Source: Hyalangium minutum
GTDB lineage: Bacteria > Myxococcota > Myxococcia > Myxococcales > Myxococcaceae
NCBI RefSeq assembly: GCF_000737315.1
Contig: NZ_JMCB01000002.1
Span: forward strand, 310,001 to 374,000
Direction: 5' to 3'
DNA length: 64,000 nt
The notes below the pieces were generated by a model. It had not been told where the DNA came from. It saw only the letters and a program-made list of their open reading frames with translations, and did not search any database. The position numbers were made by a program, and so were the translations under genes. Shown here piece after piece: positions 1 to 9,350 of this stretch. Numbering within the stretch: the stretch's first letter is position 1; every line of letters starts with the position of its first letter.

Positions 1-2
1 CC

Positions 3-446
3 AATGGACCGCCGTGGTGGTTTGGCTTCCACGCCGTCCCCGGCCTGCCCGAGACCGTCCTGGCTGGGAACGTGGGCGCATACATCGACTGGTTCCTGCG
101 GGTCGGGACCTACGGCCTCTCCGGTGTGCCGAAGCCGCTGCGCGACGCGTTCGTTGCCGCCTACGAGGACCCACGCACGTTGCACTGCGGCTTCCAGCAC
201 TACCGTGCGATGCCCATCAACGCGGCGCTCATCGCCGAGGCGGTGGCCGAGGGCCCGCTCCGGATGCCCGTCCTCGCGCTGGGCGGCAACGTCGTCGGGG
301 ACGCTCTGCACCGCCAGCTCGTCCCGGTCGCACCCGACCTGCGCGGCGCCATCCTGGAGCGCTGCGGCCACATCATCCCCGCCGACGCGCCTGACGCGCT
401 GCTGGCCGAACTCGGGCCATTCCTGGCGGAGAGCCCTGCCGTCTGA
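3..446 (+). CDS. Alpha/beta hydrolase (epoxide hydrolase-like), 5'-truncated by window edge
   Basis: Frame open from base 3: PPWWFGFHAVPGLPE...YRA...PVLALGG...CGHIIP, the C-terminal half of an epoxide-hydrolase-type fold with catalytic His (GH). Confidence 0.8.
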   Translation, partial: NGPPWWFGFHAVPGLPETVLAGNVGAYIDWFLRVGTYGLSGVPKPLRDAFVAAYEDPRTLHCGFQHYRAMPINAALIAEAVAEGPLRMPVLALGGNVVGDALHRQLVPVAPDLRGAILERCGHIIPADAPDALLAELGPFLAESPAV

Positions 447-531
447 GCGCTTCGGGGCGTGCAGCCGTACGAAGCTCCCCTCGGCCAGATACGGCGCCGC
501 GATCCTCTCGCGCGCCAGCGCCGCGCTGATT
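447..531 (-). pseudogene. Possible remnant of a LysR-family regulator C-terminus
   Basis: Minus strand reads GISAALARERIAAPYLAEGSFVRL, resembling the end of GcvA-type LysR substrate-binding domains; no start or HTH seen. Confidence 0.4.
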
Positions 532-670
532 CCAAAGGAGGTCGCGTTCAAGGCAGACGGGGTGTCGGCAGTGGAGGCTGTCCTTTCCTCACCGGGTGCG
601 GTGGGTGCTGTTGAAGGATGCCGGGCTCCTCTCCGGCGTTCTCACGGTGGTCCTACGCGCGCGGTACATG

Positions 671-1843
671 TCACGTGGGGTGCACGCAGGCACGCCTCAA
701 GGCGCCGATGAGCGGGCGGAAGCGGCGCAGGAAGTCTCCCGGGCCCGCGTTCCCGTTCGTGACGATGCCCACCGCCAGTCCCGTCGAGTGGTCGCCGAAG
801 CCCAGCGTGCAGAAGGCGCCGGCGTGGCCGAAGCAAGGGCTCGTGCCCCACGCCCCGTAGAAGGTGGGCCAGGGCGCGCCCACCAGGAACCCACGGCCCG
901 CGGTGATCGGGAGCCGGTTGCTGCGATCCAGGCCGAAGACGGCTCGAGAGGTATAGGCGCGCACGGTGCTCTCGGCCCACAGCCGCTCTCCGCTCCGGGT
1001 GACGCCTCCCCGGACGAGCACCTCATAGAGCCCGGCGAGGTGGGCCGCATTCGTCCAGAGGCTCGCGCCGGGGACGAGCGCCGTCAGGACCTGCGGGGAG
1101 TTATAGGCCTGCTCGAGCTGGACGCTGACGTCCACCTGCCCCACGTGCATGGGGCGGGAGCCCACCCAGTAGCTGTGGGCCACCTGTGACGCCTCCGCGG
1201 CGCTCCCCTGGAAGCTCAGGCCCTTCAGGCCCGCGGGGGCGAGCAGCTCTCGCTCGCAGAAGGCCGGCAGGGGCTGCCCCGTCACGCGCCGGACGACCTC
1301 GGCGAGGATCCACCCGAACTCGTGGGGGTGATAGGCCAGCGTCCCCCGGCGGTAGCGCGGCACGGCCCGCACCAGGGCGTCCACCACCGCCTCCCAGTCT
1401 CCCCACCGCTCCCAGGAGTGGATGAAGTCGGGCAGGAGTACTCCGCCCCGGTGCGTCAGGACATCCAGCAGCGTGATGGCGCCCTTGCCGTGGGCCGCGA
1501 ACTCCGGGAAGTACCGCGCCACCGGTGCCGCGAGCTCCACCTGTCCCGCCTCCTCCAGCCGCGCGATGGCAAGCGCCACCAGCGGCTTGCTCGCCGAGAA
1601 GACATTGAAGCGCGTCTGGAGCGTCACGGAGACTGGGGGCTCCACCTGCCGGAACCCCCGGGCCAGCCCCACCGCGAGCTGGGCGACGCAGTGGCCTCCC
1701 CGGCGCACGACGAGCTGTCCTCCGGGAAAGACGCCCCGGGCCTGTTGCGAGCGGAAGAGCGCCAGCGCCCGCTCCAGCCGCTCTGCCTCCATGCCCACCG
1801 AGGAGGCAGCCACCAGCGGGTCGTGCGGGAAGACGGTGCTCAT
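671..1843 (-). CDS. Serine hydrolase, beta-lactamase/esterase family
   Basis: FSASK (SxxK), LLDVLTHRGG, YHPH, FGHAG motifs. Confidence 0.9.
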   Translation of the reverse strand: MSTVFPHDPLVAASSVGMEAERLERALALFRSQQARGVFPGGQLVVRRGGHCVAQLAVGLARGFRQVEPPVSVTLQTRFNVFSASKPLVALAIARLEEAGQVELAAPVARYFPEFAAHGKGAITLLDVLTHRGGVLLPDFIHSWERWGDWEAVVDALVRAVPRYRRGTLAYHPHEFGWILAEVVRRVTGQPLPAFCERELLAPAGLKGLSFQGSAAEASQVAHSYWVGSRPMHVGQVDVSVQLEQAYNSPQVLTALVPGASLWTNAAHLAGLYEVLVRGGVTRSGERLWAESTVRAYTSRAVFGLDRSNRLPITAGRGFLVGAPWPTFYGAWGTSPCFGHAGAFCTLGFGDHSTGLAVGIVTNGNAGPGDFLRRFRPLIGALRRACVHPT

Positions 1844-2099
1844 GGGGGCCTCTCTTAGCGGAATGTACCTGAGAGCTCACCAGGAACGGGCACCTGGGAG
1901 AGACATCGGGTCGAGCGCTGTTTCCGTAAGACTGCTCAGCACGACACTCCCAGAGTGGGCTTGGCGGAGTTCCGTGGGAGCCCGGACACTTTCATTCCGA
2001 TTGAGGCGGGCGTGGCCCGGCTGTCGCTGCGGGCGAGCGGACTGCGGCCGGCCGCCGGATAGTTGCCGAACAACGCGCGCCGTGCCGTATCATCGGCGC

Positions 2100-2540
2100 G
2101 TGACGACGCGGCGCACACTCACCGACCTGATGGACGAGGTGTCCCGCCGCAACCGCGACTGGTCATCGCCGCAGGACCTCGGCTTCGATCGCGCGACGGT
2201 CGCGGCCGCCTGGCTAGCGAGCGAAGATCCTCTAGCGATGCTGCTCCTGCTCGCCGCGCTGCATCCCCGACGCGACAAGGAGAAGTGCCTCGAGCTGGCG
2301 ACCGAGATGTCGTTCTTCGAGCCCATGCGGGTCGAAGCACACACGATGAGTCGCCTCTACGGCGGCGGCGTGAACTTCAATGGTCCGAGTCCGTTCTACT
2401 TCATTCGGCTCTGCCAGCGGCTGCGCACCGCCTTACCGTGGATCGAGGACACCAAGCGGTCGCAGCTCGAGCCCGAGCTCGCCGCGGCGATCCGCGTCGT
2501 CGTCCACGATCCGTTCACGCTCGTCGGGCCCGCCGCATAG
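2100..2540 (+). CDS. Hypothetical protein (146 aa)
   Basis: GTG start at 2100 inside the long ORF 1422..2540; from there the sequence is non-low-complexity with typical codon usage (TLTDLMDEVSRRNRDWSSPQDLGFD...). Confidence 0.6.
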   Translation: MTTRRTLTDLMDEVSRRNRDWSSPQDLGFDRATVAAAWLASEDPLAMLLLLAALHPRRDKEKCLELATEMSFFEPMRVEAHTMSRLYGGGVNFNGPSPFYFIRLCQRLRTALPWIEDTKRSQLEPELAAAIRVVVHDPFTLVGPAA

Positions 2541-2773
2541 GGCCCGGGACCGCGGTTGGATGGGGCCGGGTTGCTGCGCAGCAGCTTCGCGCTAGGAGCA
2601 TCCTCTATTCTATGCTCCAGACCGAAGGACTTCGAGCCCAGGCCGCTGCGCAAGTGAAGGCGGCTTCCTGAATGACTTCAACTTGCTGGAGCGGCTGGCG
2701 ACCCAGTCCTTTCCCGAGGGCGGCTTCCATAAGAGGGGGCCGGTGGTGCCGCGCTAGACCTATGCGTGGCTGA

Positions 2774-3988
2774 CTACGCCGTGGCAGGAGGGGCCGGCTC
2801 CACCGGTGCTGAGCTGGCCGCCTCCGTGGCCGCGCGCTGGAGCGGCCTTCGATTCGACAGGTGGGAGGCAACGGCGATGAGCGGCACCACGCCAGCGCCC
2901 ACGAAGGGAATCATCTGCAACAGCGAGAATGCCAGCAGCACGCCGACGCGAACCGCGCGCGCCACGAGCCGGTGCTTCCATCGCCCGTGCGCGGCCACCG
3001 CGTTGGCGCTGGAGAGGCGCAGCACGCACAGCCCTGCCACCAGCCCGATGATCGGCACCGCGCCGATGAGCGCGAGGAGGGGCAGAATCCGCAGCAGCGC
3101 GCGATCCGCTGCCCGGAGGAACAGCCGGATGTCGTCCGGGGCCGGGAAGGCCTTGGCGCCGCACCGCGCACAGCACGCCTGAGGCCCGCCCGCCGCGAGT
3201 GGCTCGGCGCATGCGCGGCAGCGGCAGCGGGCGAGCAGCGTGAAGACGTGGGCTTGCATGTCCACGGCGGGTCTGCGCGAGGTGCGGCCAATCACATCCA
3301 GCGCACTCGGCTCGCGAGGCGCACCACAACCTGGACAGCGCTGCGCCGCGCGATGCGTTGATGTGGCACAAGCAGGGCATGCCATGCGCTCCGACTCCTC
3401 CCGAGCACGGAGGAGGAAATACGCGCTGGCTATCAGCCCGGCTGCTGGCAGCACGGCGAAGGCCGCAGCCACCGGCGCGAAGGCGCACAGCGCCATCCCA
3501 CCGATGACGAAGAGCGTCTCTCCCGCCTCCAGCACCAAGAGGACGCCCAGCTCATCCGCGCCAGGGATGGCTTCCAGCCCCTGGCGGATCCGCGTGTGTG
3601 CCCGCGAGTACGCGAGCGTCAGTGCACCCATCGCGCCCACCACCACTCCTCCGAGGAGGAGCGCCGAGGTATGGCGCTCGGAAGAGGAGGCGAAAGCCCC
3701 CACCCGGTAGCCCGCGAAAACCATTCCGGACACCGTGGCTGTCGCGACGGCAGCGTGCCAGCGCCACGGGCTCAGGCGCGGCCACACCGCTTCGATGTGG
3801 CCCCACACGAAACGCTGCGCCGCCCAGACAACCAAGAGGGTTCCAATCACTCCTCCCGCTGCCAGAACGGGGGCGCCGTGGACACCCGCGCCCGGCTCGA
3901 ACGCGCCAAAAGCTACGAGCAGAAGGGCGGCGGCGGAGGCCACCAGGGGACGGCTCCCGAAGTACGGCACAGCGCATAGGATCGCCAT
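2774..3988 (-). CDS. Multi-pass membrane protein with Cys-rich zinc-ribbon motifs (DUF4126-like N-half, tentative)
   Basis: ATG at 3988 with GGAGG RBS; several hydrophobic helices; CPAC..CPGC and CRAC..CARC motifs. Confidence 0.65.
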   Translation of the reverse strand: MAILCAVPYFGSRPLVASAAALLLVAFGAFEPGAGVHGAPVLAAGGVIGTLLVVWAAQRFVWGHIEAVWPRLSPWRWHAAVATATVSGMVFAGYRVGAFASSSERHTSALLLGGVVVGAMGALTLAYSRAHTRIRQGLEAIPGADELGVLLVLEAGETLFVIGGMALCAFAPVAAAFAVLPAAGLIASAYFLLRAREESERMACPACATSTHRAAQRCPGCGAPREPSALDVIGRTSRRPAVDMQAHVFTLLARCRCRACAEPLAAGGPQACCARCGAKAFPAPDDIRLFLRAADRALLRILPLLALIGAVPIIGLVAGLCVLRLSSANAVAAHGRWKHRLVARAVRVGVLLAFSLLQMIPFVGAGVVPLIAVASHLSNRRPLQRAATEAASSAPVEPAPPATA

Positions 3989-4123
3989 GTAACCTCCCAC
4001 GCTTTCTCCTCTTGCTTGGCCGCCGGTCGACAGCGCGGCGCCCACTTTCGAGCGCCGCGCGACCAAGGGTCAAGGAATGGAGTGCAGCCGTGGAGTCCCG
4101 CGTCCCTTGAGCTTCCAAAGGGT

Positions 4124-4139
4124 TGTGACGCGCGTCACA
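4124..4139. promoter_or_regulatory. Perfect CRP/FNR-family-type palindrome TGTGA-N6-TCACA
   Basis: tgtgacgcgcgtcaca, a 16-bp perfect palindrome between the divergent genes 3988(-) and 4238(+). Confidence 0.55.
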
Positions 4140-4237
4140 GAAGGCGCGTGAGCCGCTTCACGGAAACGCGAGGCCAGGACGCGCAGTCTTGCAGCCAAAG
4201 AACGGGCCTCCCGCCCTTTCTCCTGCAAGGAACCCGC

Positions 4238-6490
4238 ATGTCCCCCGTCCGTCTCTTCGTTCTCCTTCCGTTGATGCTCACGTGGCTCGTGGGCTGTCAC
4301 TCGGCGCAGCCCGCCGAGGCTTCCGCCACCGGCTCAGTGCGTCTGGCCGCCTCCACGCGCCAGGCTCTCTCCGCCAACGCCATCTCCCGCGTCACCGTCA
4401 CTTCTTCCGCGGCGGACATGCCCTCCATCACCGTCGAGCTGGCCCAGACCGACGGGGTGTGGGGCGGCATGATCGGCAACATCCCCGCGGGCCTCGAGCG
4501 CATCTTCCAGGCCCAGGCCTTCGACGCCGGAGGCGCTCTGCTGTACGAGGGGCAGGCCGAGCACGTCACGGTGGTGGCGGGCCAGGTGACGCTCGTCACG
4601 CTCACCCTTCAGGACGTCTCCGCCCCCGAGCCCTACGAGAATGAGGCACCCCTCATCGACTCGGTGGTGGCCGCGCCGCTGGTGGTGGCGCCGGGCGGCA
4701 CTGTGACGCTGGCGGGGAGCGCCCACGATCTCAACCCGGGTGACACGCTGGCCTACGCGTGGACGGCCAGCGCGGGAAGCTTCGCGGCGCCCTCGGATGC
4801 CAGCACCACGTGGAGCGCTCCGGCGGACAACGGCCCGGTGACGCTGGCGCTCACGGTGAGCGACGCGCGCGGCGCGGCCTCCTCGGTGTCGCTCGTGGTG
4901 AACGTCTCGGCTGGCGAGGGTGGGGCGGTGCTGGACGTGCGCTTCAACAGCCGTCCGGCGGTGATGGGCTTCACCTCCTCGGAGTCGCAGCTCGAGGTGG
5001 GGGAGAGCACCCTGCTCACGGTGTCGGCGGCGGACCTGGATGGGGACGCGCTGAGCTACCAGTGGAGCGCTTCGTGCGCGGGCAGCCTGCAGGAGCTCGG
5101 CCTGGGCGTCGCGAGCTTCACGCCCAGCGCTCTGCCCGCCGCGGCGTGCAACAACTGCCAGCTGAGCGTCAGTGTCTCCGACGGACGCGGCGGCCAGACG
5201 AGCGCGACGCTCGCGCTCTGCGTGACCGAGCCCACAGTCCACGCCCTGCCTCCTCGCGTGATCCGCTCCTACCAGTCGAGCCTCACGGCCCGCGCGAACC
5301 AGCAGCTCATCTTCGAGGTCGTGGCCAGTGATCCGCAGGGGAGCGCGCTGAGCTTCCAGTGGGGTGCCGCGAGTGGCGTGTTCGGCGCTTCCACGGACTC
5401 GGCCACCAGCAGCCGGGTGGCCTGGACCGCGCCGGCCTGCATCAACGACAGCTCTCAGGGCTCGCTGAGCGTCACCCTCACCAACGCCGCGAACCTGACG
5501 GCCGTCCAGACCTTCTCCGTGACGGGGCTGCCGACTTGCACGTCCAACGGGAGCTGGGTGCCCGTGGGCGCCATGGTGGAGCCGCGGCTCGGGCACCAGG
5601 CGGAGGTGCTGCCCTCGGGCAAGGTGCTCGTCATGGGCGGCAATGGGCCGGGCGGCGACAAGGCCACGGCCGAGATTTATGACCCTGTCTCCCAGACTTG
5701 GGCGGCCACCGGCTCCATGAGCCAGACCCGGAGCTACTTCAGCGCAGTGTCGCTGCCCTCGGGGCAGGTGCTGGTCTCTGGAGGCGAGCAGGGCTGGAAC
5801 AGCTACGACACGGCCGAGCTGTATGATCCGTCCACGGGGAGCTGGTCGCCGACCCCCCGCATGAATGTGCCGCGCAAGGGCCACACCCTGACGGTGTTGC
5901 CCTCGGGCAAGGTGCTCGCCGCCGGAGGCACCACCGCGACGGCGGAGTTGTATGATCCGGCGAGCGGCACCTGGACGCTCACCGGCTCCATGAGCATGTC
6001 CCGCTACGGGCACACGGCCGTGCTGCTGTCCTCGGGCAAGGTGCTCGTCATGGGCGGCTGGAGCGCGACGGCGGAGCTGTACAATCCGGAGACCGGCACC
6101 TGGACGGCTACCGGCTCTCTGAACATCCCCCGGAACCCGGGGCACACTGCCACGCTGCTCCCTTCGGGCAAGGTGCTCGTCGCGAGCGGCAACGCCGATG
6201 GTGGCACGGTGGCGGAGCTGTACGATCCGGCGACCGGCACCTGGACGGCCGCGGGCTCTGCGCTGAATGCGCATGCCGGGGCCACGGCCACGCTGCTCCC
6301 TTCGGGCAAGGTGCTTGTCGTGGGCGGCAACCTCGATAACAGCGCGGCGGCGGTGCTGTACGATGTTGCCTCTGGGACGTGGGCTCCTGTCGCCTCGATG
6401 GGACCGGCTCAGTACAGGCACACCGCGACGCTGCTGTCGTCCGGCAAGGTGCTCTTCACCAGCCGCTCCACGGTGCTCTACCAGCCCTGA
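4238..6490 (+). CDS. Lipoprotein with Ig-like/PKD repeats and C-terminal Kelch beta-propeller
   Basis: Lipobox LVGC; repeated L..GKVLV.GG...AELYDP..GTW Kelch units; D.L.Y.W.A..G Ig-like motifs. Confidence 0.9.
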   Translation: MSPVRLFVLLPLMLTWLVGCHSAQPAEASATGSVRLAASTRQALSANAISRVTVTSSAADMPSITVELAQTDGVWGGMIGNIPAGLERIFQAQAFDAGGALLYEGQAEHVTVVAGQVTLVTLTLQDVSAPEPYENEAPLIDSVVAAPLVVAPGGTVTLAGSAHDLNPGDTLAYAWTASAGSFAAPSDASTTWSAPADNGPVTLALTVSDARGAASSVSLVVNVSAGEGGAVLDVRFNSRPAVMGFTSSESQLEVGESTLLTVSAADLDGDALSYQWSASCAGSLQELGLGVASFTPSALPAAACNNCQLSVSVSDGRGGQTSATLALCVTEPTVHALPPRVIRSYQSSLTARANQQLIFEVVASDPQGSALSFQWGAASGVFGASTDSATSSRVAWTAPACINDSSQGSLSVTLTNAANLTAVQTFSVTGLPTCTSNGSWVPVGAMVEPRLGHQAEVLPSGKVLVMGGNGPGGDKATAEIYDPVSQTWAATGSMSQTRSYFSAVSLPSGQVLVSGGEQGWNSYDTAELYDPSTGSWSPTPRMNVPRKGHTLTVLPSGKVLAAGGTTATAELYDPASGTWTLTGSMSMSRYGHTAVLLSSGKVLVMGGWSATAELYNPETGTWTATGSLNIPRNPGHTATLLPSGKVLVASGNADGGTVAELYDPATGTWTAAGSALNAHAGATATLLPSGKVLVVGGNLDNSAAAVLYDVASGTWAPVASMGPAQYRHTATLLSSGKVLFTSRSTVLYQP

Positions 6491-6800
6491 GCGTCTGGCT
6501 GACTCGCTGGGCCTGAGCAAACCCTTCCACGGGTGGTTCAGTCCCAGGATCCACTGCCAGTAGTCCGCTCACTCACTGTTCCCTCAAGCAGGTGCGGAGC
6601 CTGGGCTTACGGAGGAGAGCCCCGCCTTCTCGGTCCCTCTGCACCAGCCCTCACCCTCAGCACAGCTCCTATCTGTCTTAGAACCTGGAATCTGTAGAGC
6701 CAGCGCGTGTCCAGGCTCGCATGCTGGCTCGGTAGAAGCCCGCCAGGATGGCGGCCCCGCAGCCCTTGGCGTTCAGCGCCCCGGCAGAAGGAAGGCGACC

Positions 6801-6945
6801 CACCGCCGGACCATCTGGCGCGGCGTGGTGGGGCTGCCCAAAGGTGGACGGGAACGAACGGTGGATCTCCCCGCGTCGGCAGTGGAGGCACTCAAGGGAC
6901 ACCGCCACCAGCTAGAGACGCCAGAGGGGCACACTGAGGTCACAT
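6801..6945 (+). pseudogene. Tyrosine integrase fragment (decayed)
   Basis: Frame from 6804 reads RRTIWRGVVGLPKGGRERTVDLPASAVEALKGHRH, the PK(catalytic Lys).GR.R.V.L region of phage integrases; no start and no other catalytic motifs; not in the ORF track. Confidence 0.7.
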
Positions 6946-6959
6946 GAAGGAAACGAGGA

Positions 6960-6998
6960 CAAAGAAAAACTCAGCAACCCGTTAAGATTGCTGGGCTT
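6960..6998 (-). terminator. Intrinsic terminator-like hairpin following the tmRNA-like fragment
   Basis: Minus strand cccagcaa-N10-ttgctgag followed by tttttctttt. Confidence 0.6.
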
Positions 6999-7005
6999 CT
7001 CGGGA

Positions 7006-7030
7006 TGGAGGCGGCGGGAATCGAACCCGC
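7006..7030 (-). repeat. tmRNA(ssrA)-like 3' end copy 1 (att-like core)
   Basis: Reverse complement GCGGG-TTCGATT-CCCGC-CGCCTCC-A gives a T-arm, a 3' acceptor strand with U70 (Ala identity) and discriminator A; no 5' half present. Confidence 0.75.
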
Positions 7031-7061
7031 CGCCGAGCGAGAACACAACCTGTGCATCAGG

Positions 7062-9350
7062 TTACGGCGTGGGGCCGCCGAGGAGCGACGCCAGGCGCTG
7101 CGCGAGCCGCGTGCGGGCCGCTTGAACCTGCGCATCCGTCTTCGCCGTGTCGTAGGGCGCCGGGAAGAGGCTTCGCGCGATGTCCTGCGCCTCGGTGCCG
7201 TAGCCCAGCCGGCGCAGCTGCTCGAGGTACTCGTAGTCCTCGTAACCATCGCGCACGTTCTTCATCCGAACCGACTCGATGGGGATGGGGTCCGTGCCTC
7301 CAATGCGGGCCACCGTCCCGGCGTACATCATGTTCCCGTCGCCGTTGCCCGTCGCGTAGTACTGGTCGTCCCAGGCATGGGGCAGGAGCATGGCCATGTC
7401 GTAGTAGAGCGTCCCCGTCAGCCGGTAGCGGAACGCCAGCCACGCCATGGCCCGGCTCTCCGAGGCGGGCGCATCAATCTCGAGCCCCGCCCAGCCGTTC
7501 GTATACGGTTTGTCATTTTCCACGCAGCCGTGGCTTCCGCAGGCGGCGTACATCCAGAGCTCCTTGGGCCGTCCCCCCGAGTTCTGGAGGAACGAGTCAT
7601 AGAGCGGTCGCTGGTCACCCGCGAACCAGGGACCACCGGCCGGCCCGTCCAGCAGCTCGACGTTGACGACCATGATGTCGGTCTTCTCCGTGCCCCCGTT
7701 CTCCTGTGCGCTCTGGATATGGGCGGTCACCATCCGGGGCGCTGCGGGCCAGGCCCTCTCGGCCTGCGCGAGGTAGTCCTTGCAGATCAACCAGTTGTTG
7801 TGGTCGTCGCCATACTTCGGGAAGAAGTGCGGCTCGTCGCACCCGTAGATGAAGGCGATGTTCTCGAACCCGTTCAGCCGCGCCTCTTCCTTCCACGCGC
7901 CCACGTCGTAGTTCTTGTGCATGTTCACCTGGTACGTGGTGAGCCGGGCGCCAGGGAGGCGAGTGGGCGCGGTGCCCTTGATGAAGGGCAGGGTATAGGT
8001 CCGGAACTCCTGGATGCCGGTGGTGCTGCCCGTCCGCAGGTTGGTGGCGTGCGCGCGCGCCGTGGTGATGCGGTTGTCGAGCGCCGAGCGAACGAACAGT
8101 TGCTTGGCCTTGGCGCGGGCGACGAGGTCGGTCTCACAGTTGGGCGTTCCGAGCTGGCACTCCATGCCCGGCGTGAAGCCGAACGAGCTCTTGAGCGTCG
8201 TGGTGGAGGGGAGCGTGAAGTTGAGCACCTTCAGCTCGACAGGGATGTTCTGCGACAGGTTCTCGGCCGTGAGCTGGAGGGTTCCCCGGTACACGCCCGC
8301 GGCGGCGTCGATGGGGACCAGCACGTCGACCCAGAGGGTCCGGTTCTCACCCGCGGGCACATCGACAGGGAACGCGTTTCGCGTCTGGCCCAGCAGCGGG
8401 TCGACCGCGGGGATGAGCGGATCCGGCCAGCGCCCCGTCGCCCCTTCCAGGTCAGACGGGGTGCGGACGTTGTAGTAGCCCTCGCGATACACGGTCACGT
8501 TCCGGCTCGGGATGACGGCGCCGTTAGGGCCGGTGAGCGGCCCGGAGAAGGACGCGCGAAGCCCGCGCAGCGGCGCGCTCGGTGCCTTGACGACGACCTG
8601 GAACGACTCGAACTCGTTGCGAGCCGCGAAGATGGCAGCACGGGACGGGCCCTCAGGCATCTCTTGGGGACGCACCTTCACCGCCGAGCCGAGCACGACG
8701 TAGTTCGAAGGCATGCCCACCTCTACGTAGGCGGCCCGGATGTTGGCATCGGGGCCACCGAGGCTGCGGAAGCGCAGGCGCAGGTCATCCAGCTCCAGCC
8801 GCTGGCCGACTTTGAAGCGGACCGACCGCCAGCCGAACCCCGCCGTCGCGGGGACGAGGACACTGGCGCGCACCTGGCTGCCCGTGACGGCCTCCACGCG
8901 CACCTGCGTCCCAGCGCCGGTGTTGCCGTAGAACCAGGCAGTCACCTCTCCCGGATCGCCGCGGTACATGGACGGGTTCTGCAGGCTCACCTCGGTGACC
9001 TGATCCGCTCCGCCCGCCCAGAGATAATCGTTGTCAGCAGAGACGGCGGCCGGCTGCGTGACCGGCTCGTCGAGCTTCTCCCAGGCGCTGCCCGTGTCGC
9101 CGGTGCGCCATCCGGACTGGACGGTGCCATCCGGGCGGAGGGCCTGACTGGTGACCAGCGCCTCCTGGACCATTCCTGGCTGTTCGGTATCGGCTGTCAC
9201 CGGGGCAGAGGGTTGTTCGGCGTCACCTGCCCCCGGGTCGAGCGGCGGTGAGCCGTCGCCTGCCATCGGGTCGAAGCCCTCGCCACACGACGTCAGCAGC
9301 AGTAAGGCAGTCACAACAGAGAGTGAGAGGGCGCCGAGCCGGCTCCGCAT
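7062..9350 (-). CDS. Lipoprotein with DUF4091 / GH123-like glycoside hydrolase domain
   Basis: Lipobox LTSC; AARNEFESFQVV, YGCDEP, G.LYY, GNGDGNMMY, ESVRMKNVRDGYEDYEY motifs. Confidence 0.85.
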   Translation of the reverse strand: MRSRLGALSLSVVTALLLLTSCGEGFDPMAGDGSPPLDPGAGDAEQPSAPVTADTEQPGMVQEALVTSQALRPDGTVQSGWRTGDTGSAWEKLDEPVTQPAAVSADNDYLWAGGADQVTEVSLQNPSMYRGDPGEVTAWFYGNTGAGTQVRVEAVTGSQVRASVLVPATAGFGWRSVRFKVGQRLELDDLRLRFRSLGGPDANIRAAYVEVGMPSNYVVLGSAVKVRPQEMPEGPSRAAIFAARNEFESFQVVVKAPSAPLRGLRASFSGPLTGPNGAVIPSRNVTVYREGYYNVRTPSDLEGATGRWPDPLIPAVDPLLGQTRNAFPVDVPAGENRTLWVDVLVPIDAAAGVYRGTLQLTAENLSQNIPVELKVLNFTLPSTTTLKSSFGFTPGMECQLGTPNCETDLVARAKAKQLFVRSALDNRITTARAHATNLRTGSTTGIQEFRTYTLPFIKGTAPTRLPGARLTTYQVNMHKNYDVGAWKEEARLNGFENIAFIYGCDEPHFFPKYGDDHNNWLICKDYLAQAERAWPAAPRMVTAHIQSAQENGGTEKTDIMVVNVELLDGPAGGPWFAGDQRPLYDSFLQNSGGRPKELWMYAACGSHGCVENDKPYTNGWAGLEIDAPASESRAMAWLAFRYRLTGTLYYDMAMLLPHAWDDQYYATGNGDGNMMYAGTVARIGGTDPIPIESVRMKNVRDGYEDYEYLEQLRRLGYGTEAQDIARSLFPAPYDTAKTDAQVQAARTRLAQRLASLLGGPTP

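Noticed and set aside
564-578. 15-bp match gtcggcagtggaggc with 6875-6889
   Set aside because: Flanks do not align and the surrounding peptides are unrelated; plausible by chance in GC-rich DNA
2040-2100. Integron attC-like site (gccgaac...) before the small ORF 2100..2540
   Set aside because: No matching complementary core or attC-type stem could be found, and there is no integron integrase
2660-2757. Short frame GGFLNDFNLLERLATQSFPEG... as a gene fragment
   Set aside because: Too short, no start, family not recognisable
4334-6520. Long antisense ORFs (e.g. 4334..6520, 7005..9251, 16048..18150, 18457..20403, 37000..39360, 42393..44972, 47123..49900, 50877..52757)
   Set aside because: Shadow frames of real genes caused by high-GC codon bias; Arg/Gly/Pro-rich with no motifs
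7006-7030. Intact tRNA or tmRNA gene
   Set aside because: Only the T-arm and 3' acceptor strand are present; there is no matching 5' GGGGGCG strand, D-arm or anticodon arm, and no CCA. The same holds for the other two copies
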